A stretch of DNA of 63,021 nt, filler included, from Sphacelaria rigidula (lineage: Eukaryota), in NCBI GenBank assembly GCA_964200075.2. It is 8 parts of 8 records of this genome, joined end to end, with 100 filler letters (N's around TTAATTAATTAA, not from the genome) between each part and the next. Parts side by side here need not be neighbours in the genome. Positions count along the whole stretch, not along the records: positions 1 to 7,792 come from CAXNAA020013447.1; positions 7,893 to 15,683 come from CAXNAA020013448.1; 6 more parts are not named here. The stretch is one strand, 5' to 3'. This document shows positions 1-13,274 of this stretch, one piece after another (the stretch's first letter is position 1; each line of letters begins with the position of its first letter). The translations under genes were made by a program, and so were the position numbers. The notes under the pieces are model-generated. The model saw only the letters and a list, made by a program, of their open reading frames with translations, was not told the origin of the DNA and searched no databases.

Positions 1-20
1 GTCCCTGGAGGTACCACGCC

Positions 21-68
21 CCTGACCATAACCCTAACACTAACACTAACCCTAACCCTAACCCTAAT
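21..68 (+). repeat. Short degenerate telomere-like (CCCTAA)n tract; similar tracts at ~3645-3692 and 39658-39675
   Basis: ccctaacactaacactaaccctaaccctaaccctaa; gggttagggttagggtta. Confidence 0.75.
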
Positions 69-318
69 CATAGTGATGTTTAAATTCCGATGCGGTCCTC
101 TAAGCACGCGGTCCTCTCACGCATTACACCCTCTGCAGCGTATCTTCATACGAAATGATTCATGTACAACCCTAGCTATCCACGTACAGAAATTCATTCC
201 CCCGCATACCGTATCCGAAACCGTAAAAACACGAAACACACACGCGAAAATTCCGCCGCATTTTGCATTTGAAAGGAACAGAGGTGGAATGTTTTACTCC
301 GACTGCCCACTACGCCAG

Positions 319-3300
319 CAGTGAAGTACCCTCCTCTGGCCTTGAGAGAAACAATGGACACCGAGCTTGAGCCTGGGCAACTCACTGCTAGTGTGAGCAA
401 AGCCTGCCTGTTGTTCAAGAACCCAGCGGAAGCCGAAGGCGGACAGGTGTTCGTGAGATGTACTTTCGACAACCCCCGTCCCCGCGGCCTGGGGTCGATC
501 TTGTTTCCAAATGCAGTTCCAGCCATGGGCACCGACCTCGAAGCAGCCGCAGCCGCACCTGCCGCAGCAGCCTCCCACAACAATGCTGCATTGACAACGC
601 TGCCGCCAATAGAGTCCGAGCCCGTAGACATCGTATTTTCGTTCGGAGGAAATGCCGATTCGATCGATCCGACAGACGTCGAACCAGACGACGGTGGGAA
701 CACCGCGCTCGATCCAGGTGCGGCGGCGGAGGTGGAGGAGGCCGTGGCGGGCGCAGCGGCTCAAACGGCAACAGCAGGTGTTGTTGTTGATTTTGGATTT
801 AGCTTTCAATCTGCAAGGTTTGCCCTGACCAAGGATCATATGACCCAGCTGGGCGTGACTGAGATGAAAATAGAAGTATGTATGAAAGGCGGCGGAGCGG
901 CAGGTGCGGGAGCAGCTACCAGTGGTGCGGGCATGGTGACGGTAATTGGTACAACGACAGCGCGCGTCGTTGATGTACTTCAGGGCAAAAACACATGGAG
1001 CGACAGTCTTGCGCTCGGTGAGTTCGCAGTACCTAGCGAAGAACGTTCGGGGACTGCTGCAACGGAGTTTACCGCCCAGGGCCAAAATGGTGCGCGGAAC
1101 GAGGAAGGTACGCTACTCTACAATGGACAATGGAGTGAAGCATGGTGGGAAGCTGGGTCTTGACAAAACGGGGATGTACATACGATTATTGCTTGTGTTG
1201 TGTGCGAGTGGCGAGTCTCAGCCAATATGTCATCAGAAGAAAACATGCACGACTATCACGTCAGCACCATATAATAGCAAGCGTGAGAGCCCATTTTTGC
1301 GATGTACGAACGTACGTTCAGAAAAACCCCCGCGCCTCGGTGGTATAACCGATATAAGACCTCATTTCCAGTCAGATGGGACGGAAGGGTGCGGGCTCGA
1401 ATCCCAATGTAACTTTTTTCAGCAGAATCCGGTTTCCGCCCTTCAGAACATGAGGATACGCATACTGTAGTAGAGAAAAAAAGACGAGAGTCGGCACGAT
1501 GGGCGAGTGCTGAGGTCCAATCTGCGATACCCAAGTGTCGGGCAGGTGCCGGGGGAGAGATGAGCCGCTCCCTCAAGACTAGAGGCTTGTCCCTAGGAAG
1601 TGGGAGGAAGTCAAGCATACCAAAAATAAGGGGTGAGCTGCACCGGTTGATCTTTCCACCACAGTTTCAGCATATATAACTATGTACGAATAATAATTGA
1701 CTGTCGGGTAGGAACTAGCGCACAGCATCGCACTATCCTGCCTTACGCTGTTTGTCTTGTTTTTCACTTGGCGCTGCTGCAACAAACTTCTTGTTGGGCA
1801 GTAGAACCGGCGCTGGAAACAGAGCCAAGGTCAGCGGAAGAAACGAGTCAAGAAGTCAAAGACGATTCCCCCGGGCCACTGCGGCATGGAGGATCTACTT
1901 CCACGGTTTGCGTATCTCTTGCAACGGATGATGACACAGCGAACTACACGGTTGGTGCGGGGTCGCTGTGGGTTGACGGGGCGACGGTAGTGGGTGTCCC
2001 CGAAATTTGGAAGATCCAGCCACCTGCGGGTACGAGTACGGAGTATGCGGCCTGGAACGATGCTATTGCCCACATCCTGGCAGGTGCAAATCTCCGTAGT
2101 GGCGAATAGTCAAATTATTGTCCTGTTGACGTATTTTGATTAGCCAGTGCATTCGGTCGACCGTAAAAGCAGTGCACGTAAACATATTCGTACGCAAGGA
2201 CTACTAGCATCTAAAATCAAAATGTCGTACAAACAAGAATATATCAATGTCAAAGCTTTCAACGCCGTACAACTCCCTGTCTCTGTCAAGGTTGTCGGAT
2301 GCTACAATAGCCAGGTAGTTGTCATTTAGTGCCGACTGATCATCCAATGATTATTGTGACACCTGACGAACGTTAAGCTATCGGTCTGTGAAGTTACGCT
2401 ATCGAACCGTCATTTGCACTCTACGGTTGACATCCCTGCAACCAGCACTATTCTTGCTCTGAACTTCTCGGTCAAGCGTCAAGCAGGGTATATTGTGCTT
2501 TATCTTATCTAGTGTGTGTTTACCAAATTTTCAGGCGTGAACCCCTGTACCTATTATTCTCTCAAAGACAACCCCACTGAGCTATCAGCCAGCGCTGAAT
2601 GGTAGTTTGGTGCTTATTGTGACATCTAACAAAGTTGAGGGGGGGATATGGATGTGCGTTTGTTCCAAACTTGGCCGAAAATCATGTTTTACGCTGCATG
2701 TGCCTTGTGTTTTACAAACGTAAGGTGTCGCGTTTTCGTAGACCCACGCATCGTGGCAACATCTACGAACAACATCGGATGCCACCAATGGGAAACAGGC
2801 GCTTTTCTACAAGTCACGAAGCAATTATATCGGGCTCACCACAGACTCCCGGCAAACAATAGATATTCCTCTCGCTGAATAGCGGTGATCATTCGGGCTA
2901 CGGTAATATTGGTGTAGTTCGTTTTCCGTTTACGATGGCAGGTCCTCAACGGCATTCGTATTCGCTCTTTTGGCCTGGAGGCGAAGAATCCGATAGTGGT
3001 GGTGGACCTGACGTGCCCAAGCTATCTTTCCCTCCGATGCGACTCACAGGAGGGGTTCTAAGGTGCAACTTGCTCCCAACGATAATTCAGTATTTTGCGT
3101 TACACAATCCATGGAACGTTTACGTTTCTATCTCCATCGTCGATATAATGTACCGGGGGCGCACTGCACTTGTCAAGTGCCTCAGGTTTTCACTGTTCCG
3201 AGAAGGTTAGTAGAAAGTCTTGATACATCGAGACAGTATCGCTTCTAGTATTCCCATGTGCGTGCGTTATGTACGGTGCGGTTGACGCATACTGAGCCGG

Positions 3301-6300
3301 TACGTGCGGGGGACCTTCCTTATTGTTCAAGCTCCATCCGGGATGTAGATATCCAACTAGGGAGTGAATCTCACTGTGAGATGCGGATATCCGCCCGAGA
3401 CGTCTATCTGGGATGTAGATGCCCAGCCGGTCTGGGATGTTCGTCTGAGATGTCCATCTGGGATGTCTATCTAAGATATCTTAGGATCCACGTACGATAT
3501 TCACCTGGGATGCCCGTCTGATATCTCCATTTGGGACGTCTATTTGGGACGTGGAGATCCAGTTGGATGCCCGTGTCCACCTGGGAAATCTCAATCGCTG
3601 CAACCACTTTGCCTTGTCGTCATTGCTTCTCTGCGAATTCCAGCTCGTAGCCGAACCCAAACCCATACCCCAACCGTAACCCGAGCCCTGACTCAAGCTG
3701 TAGATAACTTGTTCTCCAGTTACTTCACACCTGTTTCAGCGTGTGGTGATATTGCGCCGTGCCGTTTACGGCGCCAAGGCATACCTCTGGGATGGCATGC
3801 GGTGGTAGAGCATGACGCAGTGTACACTGGTAGGACCAACATCTGGGGCGTGTGCTGGTAAAGGACAATGCAGGGTACACCAGCAGGGGGTACATCTTTG
3901 TTCACGCGAGCTCATACCACGTCGTGCCGTGTACGCAGAGATGGACGTAGCAGATGGATATCCCAGGTGGATGCGAGGTTCGGGATGAATGTCCCGGATA
4001 GATGTGTGAGGTTCCAGGTGAATATCTCAGATGGATGTCCCAGATGGACGTCCATATCCTAGACGGATAACCCAGATAGAAATGATCATTCAGATGGATA
4101 TCCCAGATGGACCTTAAACTGATGGGCATCAATCGATGGGCATCCAGCTAGTTGATGGGCATCCCGTTGGATTTTCGTATCCCAGATCGAGCGCGCACAA
4201 TGATGCAAGACAGTGGTGTGAGCCGCCTACACAATACTAAGCTCTGCTAGCCGTGAAAGGAAGAGGACAAAACCTACTGTGTATGGCTCATTTACCAAAG
4301 CCGGCACACTTGCACTTGTCAATTCACTTCCTTTTTCTACATGGCACCTATCGCATCACGGTCTGCGTTCAATGTAAGCTAATAGGACATGATGCCATCG
4401 CGTTCCTTGTTTATCTATCCGTCTGTGCTTCCCCACCCGGACAAGATACGTCCCCGATGAAGAAGACCCTTCAGCAGAATCGCAGTCACTCCAGGATAGC
4501 GATACAGCCTGTAGTGGTAAGAATGAACCTGACACCGCCAGAAGCAGCTCCACTTCAAAAGGCAAAATAGCAGCGGGCGGTGACGAGACAAGTGCAACGC
4601 AACCGACAAAACCGCCACCCACCGGTAGGTGGTCAGTGGTGTTCCCTTCAGCGCAAAAAGAAGGCGTGTTTCTACATCGCGGCGCCATCCGTTCGCTGCG
4701 CCGAGCCCTCACTGTCGCGGGGGAAGGAACCAATGTAGGCATCACTGCCCTTAGAAGCGAAGGTGATGAAAACATCGCGGCAGCTTCGTCGACATCCACT
4801 CTACTCCCCGTATTTCTTGAGCGCCGACCGTTACCTCAGGTGAGCCGCGACATGTATAAACAAATTATAATCATGTGCTACAACAGTGGCAAGGCTGGCT
4901 TGTCTCCACGCGTGTCGAAAGGATCCACCCGCGAACTGTTCTGCTGGGTGTAGGAAGACATGAAAATGCGCCCTAGAAGAATTGCGCGAGTTTGTCGGAA
5001 GCAATAACGTCTACCTACCTGGCACATGAACTGACCAGAAAATGCCCTTATCACATACTAAAACGACATATTTCTCTGCCAAGCTCCCCGACTGAGATGC
5101 CTCTTCTCGGTTATATTCATCGGGGCGACTCTTTCTCGTCGAGCTCAACGCGACTGAACCGCTCCCCCATCCAAGAAACCAAGCAACCTTTCAACCACAG
5201 CTTGTCCTTCGGTTGCTCCTCTTCCTAGGTACCCGCGCCCGGTGCAGATCAGCCGAGCGGAGGCGCAAAAAAAAAGGGCGGGAAGAAGGGCGCCGACAAA
5301 GCCGCAGCGGCCGAGCAACCGGTCGCGCCACCCGAGACCTCGTGGCAATGCAAAGCGTTTATCGATCTTTCGGTCCTAGGTGCACGATCCGGGCACAGGG
5401 CGAGCACAAACGGGCGCAGAGATAACAAAAGTAGACAAGGGAGCTCAGCATCGTTGCCTTGTGGCGATTCCCCCTTGAGGGCCGAGTGCAGCGCAAAACT
5501 CGCTCTCGACTTGCCTATTATGAATGCGGGGGAGGTGACAACTCAGAATGGGGCCGAGGGTGGAGAACCGGGTAATGCAAACGGACGGAAGATAGCCGGG
5601 GCTTCTCCTCCCGCAGAGGACGTGAGAGAGTCATTTAAGCATTTAGCTCCATTGGGTCAAGGCATGTAACCGTTCATCCACGGCAGTGAAAACAACAACA
5701 ACAAAAGAACATGTCACCTGTGACTATGAGGCGCACCCGCATGAGGTGCGGGCTCGACGGTACAAAACCCACACCTGCAGAGGGTGATTGTGCGGGCAGT
5801 CACGGTATATATCCACTGATATGGAGTGTTCAGTTCTCTGTGAGTGAAGAGTTTAAACGTCAGGGATCCACACTATCCCCCATGGAGGTCTGCTTCGGAT
5901 CGACGAGCTCTCGGTTTTCGTGCACAGCTCACAAAATAATATCACGACATGCTTCTATATCCTTGCGGTCCTTGTATACGCCGCCTTCGTTTTCTTCCTC
6001 TGACTCCATCTCTACCAGCCTGCCAGCGTCGACGGATATAATGGAGACCCACCGAAAGCTACCGAAGCGGAAATCCGAAGGGATCAGGTGAACACCCTCC
6101 TGCAGGTTTCCTTCATTGCTATATTTTGCTCTTTCCCGACGGCGCGAACGTGCTTTCCAGATGATTGCCACATCAGCCTACTACTACCTCGATTACAATT
6201 ACCGTGCTTCACGTGAGGAGAAACCACGGATAGTCTCCGAGGTTCGTCAGCGTGCTGTAGTCTGATATAGTCATATTCGTGGCTGTCGTTGACGATGAGA

Positions 6301-7367
6301 GCATACCATATTGTACTTTGCGTAGGCACACGTTTTCCTCGATGAGGCAGGCTTTTCTCATCTTCCTGCGTATGAAAACATACCATAAGACGTTTTTGTT
6401 TGTTTTTTTTCGAAGCGCCCCTTCCGCATCATTTAACCGTGAAACCAATCAAATGTGTCGCCTGCCGCTACTCGCGTCCGTTCTCTGTGTTGATTCCCGT
6501 TGGTCGCAAGATTGAGAGTTCGGACCCAAGGCTAACGATTGTGTTTGCGCTGACCAGACCATTGGCAAAGGGCACCGTGTGCCAAGAGAGCGGCGCGTCT
6601 GTCAGTGATATCTTCATCCCGAAAGATGTTGGACCACGGTAGGTAGTGCCCTGTGTTTCTGTGTATGATTTTGGCACGCTTTCAACCGTGTCCCACGTCG
6701 ATCATTCGTGGAAGACGCTCAGCTCCTCACTCCAGCCGACCTCCGTATCTGTCAAGAGGGAGTACGGGTTACCAATGATTTATGCTCAAGGAGTGATATA
6801 GAGATAGTACTTGCTGAGGGTGAAGGTGCACGATTCTGAAACGTCGCCAATAAATCTTCCTGGCTGCAAAATCTGGCTATTTTTAGATCTCTTACGAGCA
6901 GCTACAGGCGTCGTGGTGAGAAGTGTGTTAGGGACGAGAAGCTCCACCAGCATGAAAAATTTCCAGACAATTCTAGACTCACTCGGAGGTCTACCTACAC
7001 GCCTTGCGCAACCGATCATGTTGTCTCGAAACTCTATAAAAGGTCTACAAATCTACGTAGCGTTATTCTTGAACATTTAGTACCATACCTCGTTCCTGGT
7101 GTGCCATATAAGCGCAAGGGTTTGGCATGAACAGCTACCTCCGAGTAAACGCTCTGCCGTGCCCTCCGCTCTACCAAGCGAGCCGACACATACAACAACA
7201 ATGCCCGCGTCAACTAAAGCTACCACGTACACTTTATATCGACACTACTTCTTCTCGCCAGTAAACCTCCCCGAGATGTGGAGTTGGAGCTGAAGGAGGA
7301 AATGGACACCTTTGTTGTCGCCGTTCTGACTGAATACGCCAAGATCTTCTTGCAACCAAACTCTAAG
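319..7367 (+). CDS. CFAP70: CFAP70/TTC18-like cilia- and flagella-associated protein, partial; exons ~319-1107, 1802-2083, 2942-3062, 4446-4839, 5229-5534 (or 5621), 6511-6638, 7262-7367
   Basis: Seven exons with AG/GT boundaries and consistent phases (1,1,2,0,0,2). The segment order resembles the CFAP70 N-terminal half: C2-like QVFVRCTFD..VIGTTTARVVDVLQGK, VVGVPEIW, VFLHRGAIRSL, LPVFLERRP..KKKGGKK..CKAFIDLSVL, LTIVFALTRPL..VSDIFIPK, VVAVLTEYAKIF. The TPR C-terminus is not in the contig. Confidence 0.6.
3330..4190. mobile_element. Foldback/MITE-like element in a CFAP70 intron; arms made of degenerate (CCATCTGGGAT)-type units in inverted orientation (~3330-3590 and ~3940-4190)
   Basis: Left arm has repeated gtccatctgggatg/tatctgggat; right arm has the reverse complement atcccagatggac; telomere-like tract between them. 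Confidence 0.65.
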
Positions 7368-7792
7368 GTGAACTGGGCTTCAAATGTGTCGTACGATTGT
7401 CTCTACCTTGCACAGCGCATAGGACGAACACAACGCTGTGCTTTTTTGGTGCGTAAGGAGAGCACAGCATTCAAGATGAGGTACCATTGACCGCAATGGT
7501 AGGCCCTACGGGAGTAGCTCCGTTGTGTTATGATACTCTTTGGGAGGGCGTCGTGTGAGAACTACTCTAGTGCCGCAGCACTGCAATGGTGCTCCCCATG
7601 AAGGTACCGCGGCACCGACATGGCAATTCCGTGCCGAGCTTATACGTATGTCACGGTGCCCGTATTTAAACATAGGCTGGATCTTACATTGTGGGGCTAT
7701 GGAAGTACCGCGATATTTTCATGCTACTGCTAGTCCTCCGTTCCCCGTCCTCCGACGAAGGCCATGACCGGTCTTGTCGGTACGGCGTGGGG

Positions 7793-7892
7793 NNNNNNNN
7801 NNNNNNNNNNNNNNNNNNNNNNNNNNNNNNNNNNNNTTAATTAATTAANNNNNNNNNNNNNNNNNNNNNNNNNNNNNNNNNNNNNNNNNNNN
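7793..7892. other. Artificial contig linker (N44-TTAATTAATTAA-N44); identical linkers at 15684-15783, 23575-23674, 31466-31565, 39356-39455, 47245-47344, 55134-55233
   Basis: Identical 100-nt spacer with a six-frame stop cassette at ~7.89-kb intervals; contig lengths decrease from 7792 to 7788. Confidence 0.98.
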
Positions 7893-8105
7893 GACCATCC
7901 CCTTTGTGCGGAGTGGAGGTTCTCCCACGCCGCACAACATGATCTAGCTCGACTACCATCATGGTTACCGCAAGAAAAAAACGATACCCTGGTTGCCTAG
8001 CTTACAGCGTCATCGCCAAACGACGCCAACCCCATCGGGGGCCCGCCCCTACAAAGCCGGGACGAGCACACCGGGTCCTCGCCGGACTAGGGCGCGCGGG
8101 GGGGG
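7893..8105 (-). repeat. Dispersed repeat, two modules; module B also at ~49530-49717(+), module A also at 42371-42463(+) and 49933-50025(+)
   Basis: Shared ggttggcgtc...gacgctgtaa...ggcaaccagg...gcggtaaccatg...tcgag.tagatcat...gggagaacct...ccgc.caaagggga, and ggtccggcga..acccgg..tgctc.gtccc. Confidence 0.8.
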
Positions 8106-9323
8106 TATCTATGGTGCCTTACTACAAGTGTAGAAAGCGCAAGGCTATGTTCTGCATGGTATAGCTGCTGAAAAACGGAACAGCGCTCGATACCCTTCTG
8201 AGCCATACTTGGACGGGAGTTACACACTCCACTACAGTTTAGTACGTCAACCAAAAAGCACCCACTTCCGCTAATACCCTACAGAACACAACCAACAACG
8301 TTTTCGTGGAATTGAGAGTTGAAGGTATGACTGAGAGTGAAAAGCGGTCAATGAGTGAATAAGCCGTTTCAGTTCCGAAATGCACCTCCACAAGGCCCAA
8401 TATTTTGTCTGTAGTAGCTTGCCACTGTGGCCCTCGATACCCCCGAGTAGGATATCAACGTGTAGCTGTAAGTACATGGCGATGATGAGACGAAAAAAGC
8501 ACATACGGAGCGAAAATTGGCCAAGTCAAAGCGAATGATCAAAGCCACTCTCAATCCATACCCAACTCTCAATCTCACGAAAACCTTGTCAACCGTGGAA
8601 AAGTGTGTTTTGAGTTGAGTCCTTTTCGGATTTCCGATAGCAAAAATCAAACCAACGGTGCCTCGAGCAAAAATGCAGTGGTGAATCATGAGTAGGAACG
8701 CGTCTACGGCGCAACAATGTTTCACACGTTGGACAGCTCATGAGCTATAATAGCTCATTACTACTCTCAAGTAGTGTACTGATCCGGATCGTGAGCTAAC
8801 TTATTTGGCTCCCTTTCCCATATTTGCTCCGTACAGCGCTGGACGCCGAGCACGTGAAGCAAGCACTTTGACTGCAAGGATCCCGTTGTCACGTATCTTG
8901 TTTCTTGGACAACGGATCGGAGAGACTTCTTCGACTAGTTCCTGTAGATAGCCCGTGAACTGTCCAACGTGTGCAATTACTTTCAACGTTGAACAATACG
9001 ATCATTTGCACACTATTTTTACGCGTCACCGAAGCAAAACCAACCAACCAACCAACATACGGTACAACAGTGCAGTTATCACCCACACTCGAGCTTCGTC
9101 TGGCATCAGAGCATTGACTTGCACCTATTTCAACAGAAAGAGGCAGGTGGTTTCTTACAGCACAACAGTCCTACACATACACGTACTGAGAAGCACCACA
9201 ACGTACGGCACTTTTGAAACAATTCCAGAGCAACGGCAGCAGTAGCGCCCTTCAGCTGACATCTGATTGAAAACATAACGTTCGCAACTTACGCTTCCAG
9301 TGCCAGATTTCTGGAACGCTCAC

Positions 9324-12300
9324 CTCGCTTATGAGACGAAACATCTCCTGCGCCTCCTCCTTCTTGTCCTGATTCTTATCCTGTACGAGTTACACCGTTT
9401 TGAGGTCAAGCGCATGGTGGTATTTCCCCCGCACACAGCCCGGCAACAAGCAGAGGGAGGAGCGTGCGGTGAGGTGAGGCGAAGATGCAAGACGACCAGA
9501 CGTACATATTGCCAGTTGGGTGGATATGATGCCCCACTAACATCGGCTACAGGCGAAGCACATACATCTCCTCAAACGCGTCGCTGTTCAATTACAGGTG
9601 CTGCTCTACTGTATGTACCGCGATCTTTTGAAATGTCTCCCCCTTGCGTTGTTCACAAATGCGCCACAAGCATCGGCTCATAAGTCTGCGTTCGCCTCCG
9701 GCATGCCGCACGGGGGTGCTGCACTGCACTGCACTGCACTGCACTGCACTTGACTGGATGGACTGTGTGATAAACTGTACCGAACTGTACCCGAGCGACA
9801 CGCGCCAAGCAGCGCAAAACTGTGAAATAGAGGGGGGACAAGACTGCAGAGATGTATCAAGGGTGAAATCCGTGAAGCGGCATGATCGCCCTCCGATAAC
9901 AAGCGATGGGCGCGCTAAACCCCACATGCGTGAGAAAATCCGGACGCAAGGACCAGGACAGCGTGCTGCAAGGAGCCACCTTTGTCAAGTCGCTGAGCGA
10001 GCGATATCGGAGTGGTGCGAGCCAAGCGACGACCATAGACCGCACGAGAGCTACGCCATGACGAAATAAAGGAGGGCACTGCGGTTGGAAATAGCACCCA
10101 GCAGTCACGATGATCGACGCCTTTTGACGACGGTAGCTCAGAAGTTTGCGGCCTGGCGTGTCCCTTACGTGCGCTCTCGCGAATGCAGTGACTTTGATCC
10201 TAGGTAGGGGATACAAAGGACGAGTAGGGTGCCGTATGATGGAATGGTCGCGTGATGACAGACAAGTAAAACAAGCGACCTCGCGATTGCTCTCCCCATA
10301 TGAGCACAATCTGACCTGAACCCCGTCCCTCCCCCTTGGTTCCACCTACATGAATGTAGGCAATCTCCGTTGAAGAAAAGATCACTTCACCAATCAGCGT
10401 TGTGTCTTCCAGATGTTACTATCTGGTAAAGGAATGCGGTATTTCGAACAGAGACCTGCCACTTTTCAACTTTTCCGGTAAAAGATGGCGATTCGATACG
10501 CCGAAGGCGAATTTCGACTCGTTTCAAGCAGCCGACTCCCAACACCAGAATTCCGTATGTCACAACCCTTCCTTCCCCTCTCCCCCCGACGTTTGGTTGT
10601 CTAAACTATTAATTAATACAGCATTGTGGAAGTGCAGTGCGATTTTGAAGAAAAGTGGTTGCGCTACGACCCCGACCATGATTCTTGTGGCATTCGTGAT
10701 TCATCGTAACGCAAGTCAGCAATACAGCGTGCAAGTTAACTTTGTTCCCAATTGGCTGCACTGCTGCTGGCAAGTGCACCTTTAATGCTGACTTGTCTAT
10801 TAGTAATAGTCTCGTGAACCGCACGCAGTTTTAGGCAGGTAGCACTTGCAGCGTAACCTCATGAGCAGCTCGAGGATTGTGATAATACAGCAGTGTACCA
10901 CAATACAAGAGCATGCGCTCTAACTTTCCTGAAGTGTCTGAATCTGGCTCACTCACAATCGCAGTGTAACTGAACTCGAGCAAGGAAGTGGCCCTACCGT
11001 TTCGAACGTACGTCATTGTAGAGCGCATACCTACAACAGTATAGCATCAAGTTCCAAGCGCGTTGGTTGGCAATCGCTGTGTTGCAACAACATTCCAAAG
11101 ACGGACTGATCCTTCCCTGTTCTTGAGCCTTCACTATTCAAATTATTATGGAGACGTGATTTAAACTACAATAGAAGATTAGTTTAGACGGCTACTCAGG
11201 GTTATCCCGTTTCCTTGACTGGAAGCTATTTATCATTCGGAATACAGGCAGTGCAGGATCGCCAACTCGCTACACTACACCACGCTGCTACGAGTAGAGG
11301 TATCTCAAACTTGAGGTTCCTGGCATATTTGTAAACTACTGTGAAATATACCAGGAACCTCGAGTTCGAGATACCTCCACTATGCAAGTGAATGATGGTC
11401 CGTCTTGACAGGCACACTGCAATTGCGCCCGCGACTGAATCAAGCATAAACCCCGACCAATTCTGCACCACGACACAGATGACTAGTGTAGTATGTCTCG
11501 ACTAATGTACTCGGATCACAGACGGGTGTAACCCAGACCGGGCCACCGAGCAAGGGCTGTACGCTATGATGCTGGTATCGCGGCTTTTGTACTGTCCAAG
11601 TACTCTCAAACATTCATGTACGAGGATTCCACAGACGACGGACAAATGTAGTTCAGTGTACTGTAAGTGTGACCGGATCTGCGGGTCTACTTCATGGCCC
11701 ACGAACCGAAGACACGCCTCCTTGCGATCGTGAACCTCACGTTGAGTCCCGCGGACCAATCACACAAAAATGTCTTCTTCTGGATCTAGTAAAGCAAGTG
11801 CACGAGTAATTTTCGCTCCAATTCTGGAGCCGCCGCCCGCAGTTGGTGCTGTAGCGGACAGCGCCATGAAAAACTCGTGTACTTCAAGTATTTTCTTGAG
11901 CCCGAAAACAACTTCAAGTATTTTCCGCGGGGTGGGCTCCAACTTTGGTTGAAGATCACATCCTCGCGAGGGCGAAAGTGAACAAATCTGAAAATCGAGG
12001 CCCGAAGGATGGGTCCACGGGCAACATGCTCCGGCGTCTCCGCGCGCTTGTCTGTGGCGCATACAAGCTTTGATTCGTTGCACAGTCGTAGGATATATCT
12101 GTACACACCACAATGCAGTAGCTCACCTTAGAGCTGTCCCACGTATGGGTCGCTACCAACTGCGGACCACGCTTATCGACGAACTGCAACACTCAACACT
12201 TCAACTAGGGAAAGCTAAAAATGCGGGGGAAAGTGTAGGCAGTTTCAGCGGCATACTTGATACTGTCTGTAGAACGTATAGCAAGTACACGGATCCAGGA

Positions 12301-13274
12301 CTCGCAGAACAGCAGACAGGTAAGGTTACTACTGCTGTTGTGCGCCGTGTGGGACAAGTTCCTGCGGGACAAACCACCTGCCGACTCGCCCACAAGACCG
12401 ACACGAGTTGGCTACTTTTCATAGTATCATTACCAAAAAGGCTCCTTTGCGGCTTCCAATCAACGCTTGCATGACTCCGTACCACGCTCGTGGATAAAAA
12501 TATGTCTGTGAGCAACGACCCGACCTTTACCCCATTGCATGACACTACATGCCCAGTCAAGATGGACACACGCAAAAACACGCTTCTTCCACTTTTCTCC
12601 TCTCACACCGCACACACCAAATTCCCGCCCCTCCCCCAGGTCGGCCGGCCGTCACATAAAATAACCCCCCTTTACACAGAGAAAACCAGGGAATACGCAG
12701 CGATATCCAATCGAATACATCTGAACGTGTATCCAACACTAGCACCTACCCGCACAATGGACTCAACGCCTTACCTACAACAAGCAAGTGCCGCTTGGGT
12801 CTTATTTGCCCGGTTGCAGGCGTGGTGGGGCCGTTTCGGCAAGTTTACGAGCGGATCCAGTAGAATTTTTCAGAGATCGGGAAATTGTGTCTACGCGTCG
12901 TGTAGCGTATGTGTGCGTGTGTTGTACCTTATGTAAAGGAGCAAAGTCCAGCCCATGTTGGATACCAGGGGATCACTGCTATAGTGCACCAGCGATGCAT
13001 TCGACGTGCTCCAACACATTTGGGGTGTTGGGATAGGACACAGACACAAACCGCTACGTTGTTGTGACGTGAGGGAAACGGTTACATTCTCGTACAAATG
13101 TAACGGACACACACCACTTTCCGCAGCGACGAAAAGAGATTACGAACTCACCGGGTGCCATGCCAAAACAAGCTTCCTGTAGGCCTTCTTTATATCTTCA
13201 TCGCTTGCATTCGCATCTACTCCAAGAACTTCATAGAGGCAAGGCCTCTCCTGCGTTGTTGTGGTGAGCATCAT
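9324..13274 (-). CDS. DnaJ/Hsp40 J-domain protein, 5' part; exons 13274-13152 and 9380-9324
   Basis: [60 protein letters not shown]; the HPD motif is formed across a phase-0 intron (gtgagt...gtacag). Confidence 0.9.
9716..9750. repeat. (TGCAC)n pentanucleotide microsatellite
   Basis: tgcactgcactgcactgcactgcactgcact. Confidence 0.9.
11293..11381 (-). ncRNA. Candidate intronic pre-miRNA-like hairpin (38-bp stem, 13-nt loop)
   Basis: agtagaggtatctcaaacttgaggttcctggcatattt / aaatataccaggaacctcgagttcgagatacctccact; 34 of 38 pairs are Watson-Crick; lies in DnaJ intron 1. Confidence 0.4.

Noticed and set aside
21-68. Possible true telomere at the window start
   Set aside because: The tract is short, degenerate, preceded by non-telomeric bases and lies just upstream of an internal exon
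194-1085. Antisense ORFs over the CFAP70-like exon, and shadow ORFs over the FANCB-like and HUH ORFs
   Set aside because: By-products of GC-rich coding sequence; no recognisable motifs
7793-7892. Regularly spaced palindromic TTAATTAATTAA every ~7.89 kb
   Set aside because: Assembly linker flanked by Ns; not biological, and adjacent contigs are unlinked
8889-8945. SLSDPLSKKQ as a possible third DnaJ exon
   Set aside because: Out of frame with the nearest acceptor and followed by a stop; cannot be supported
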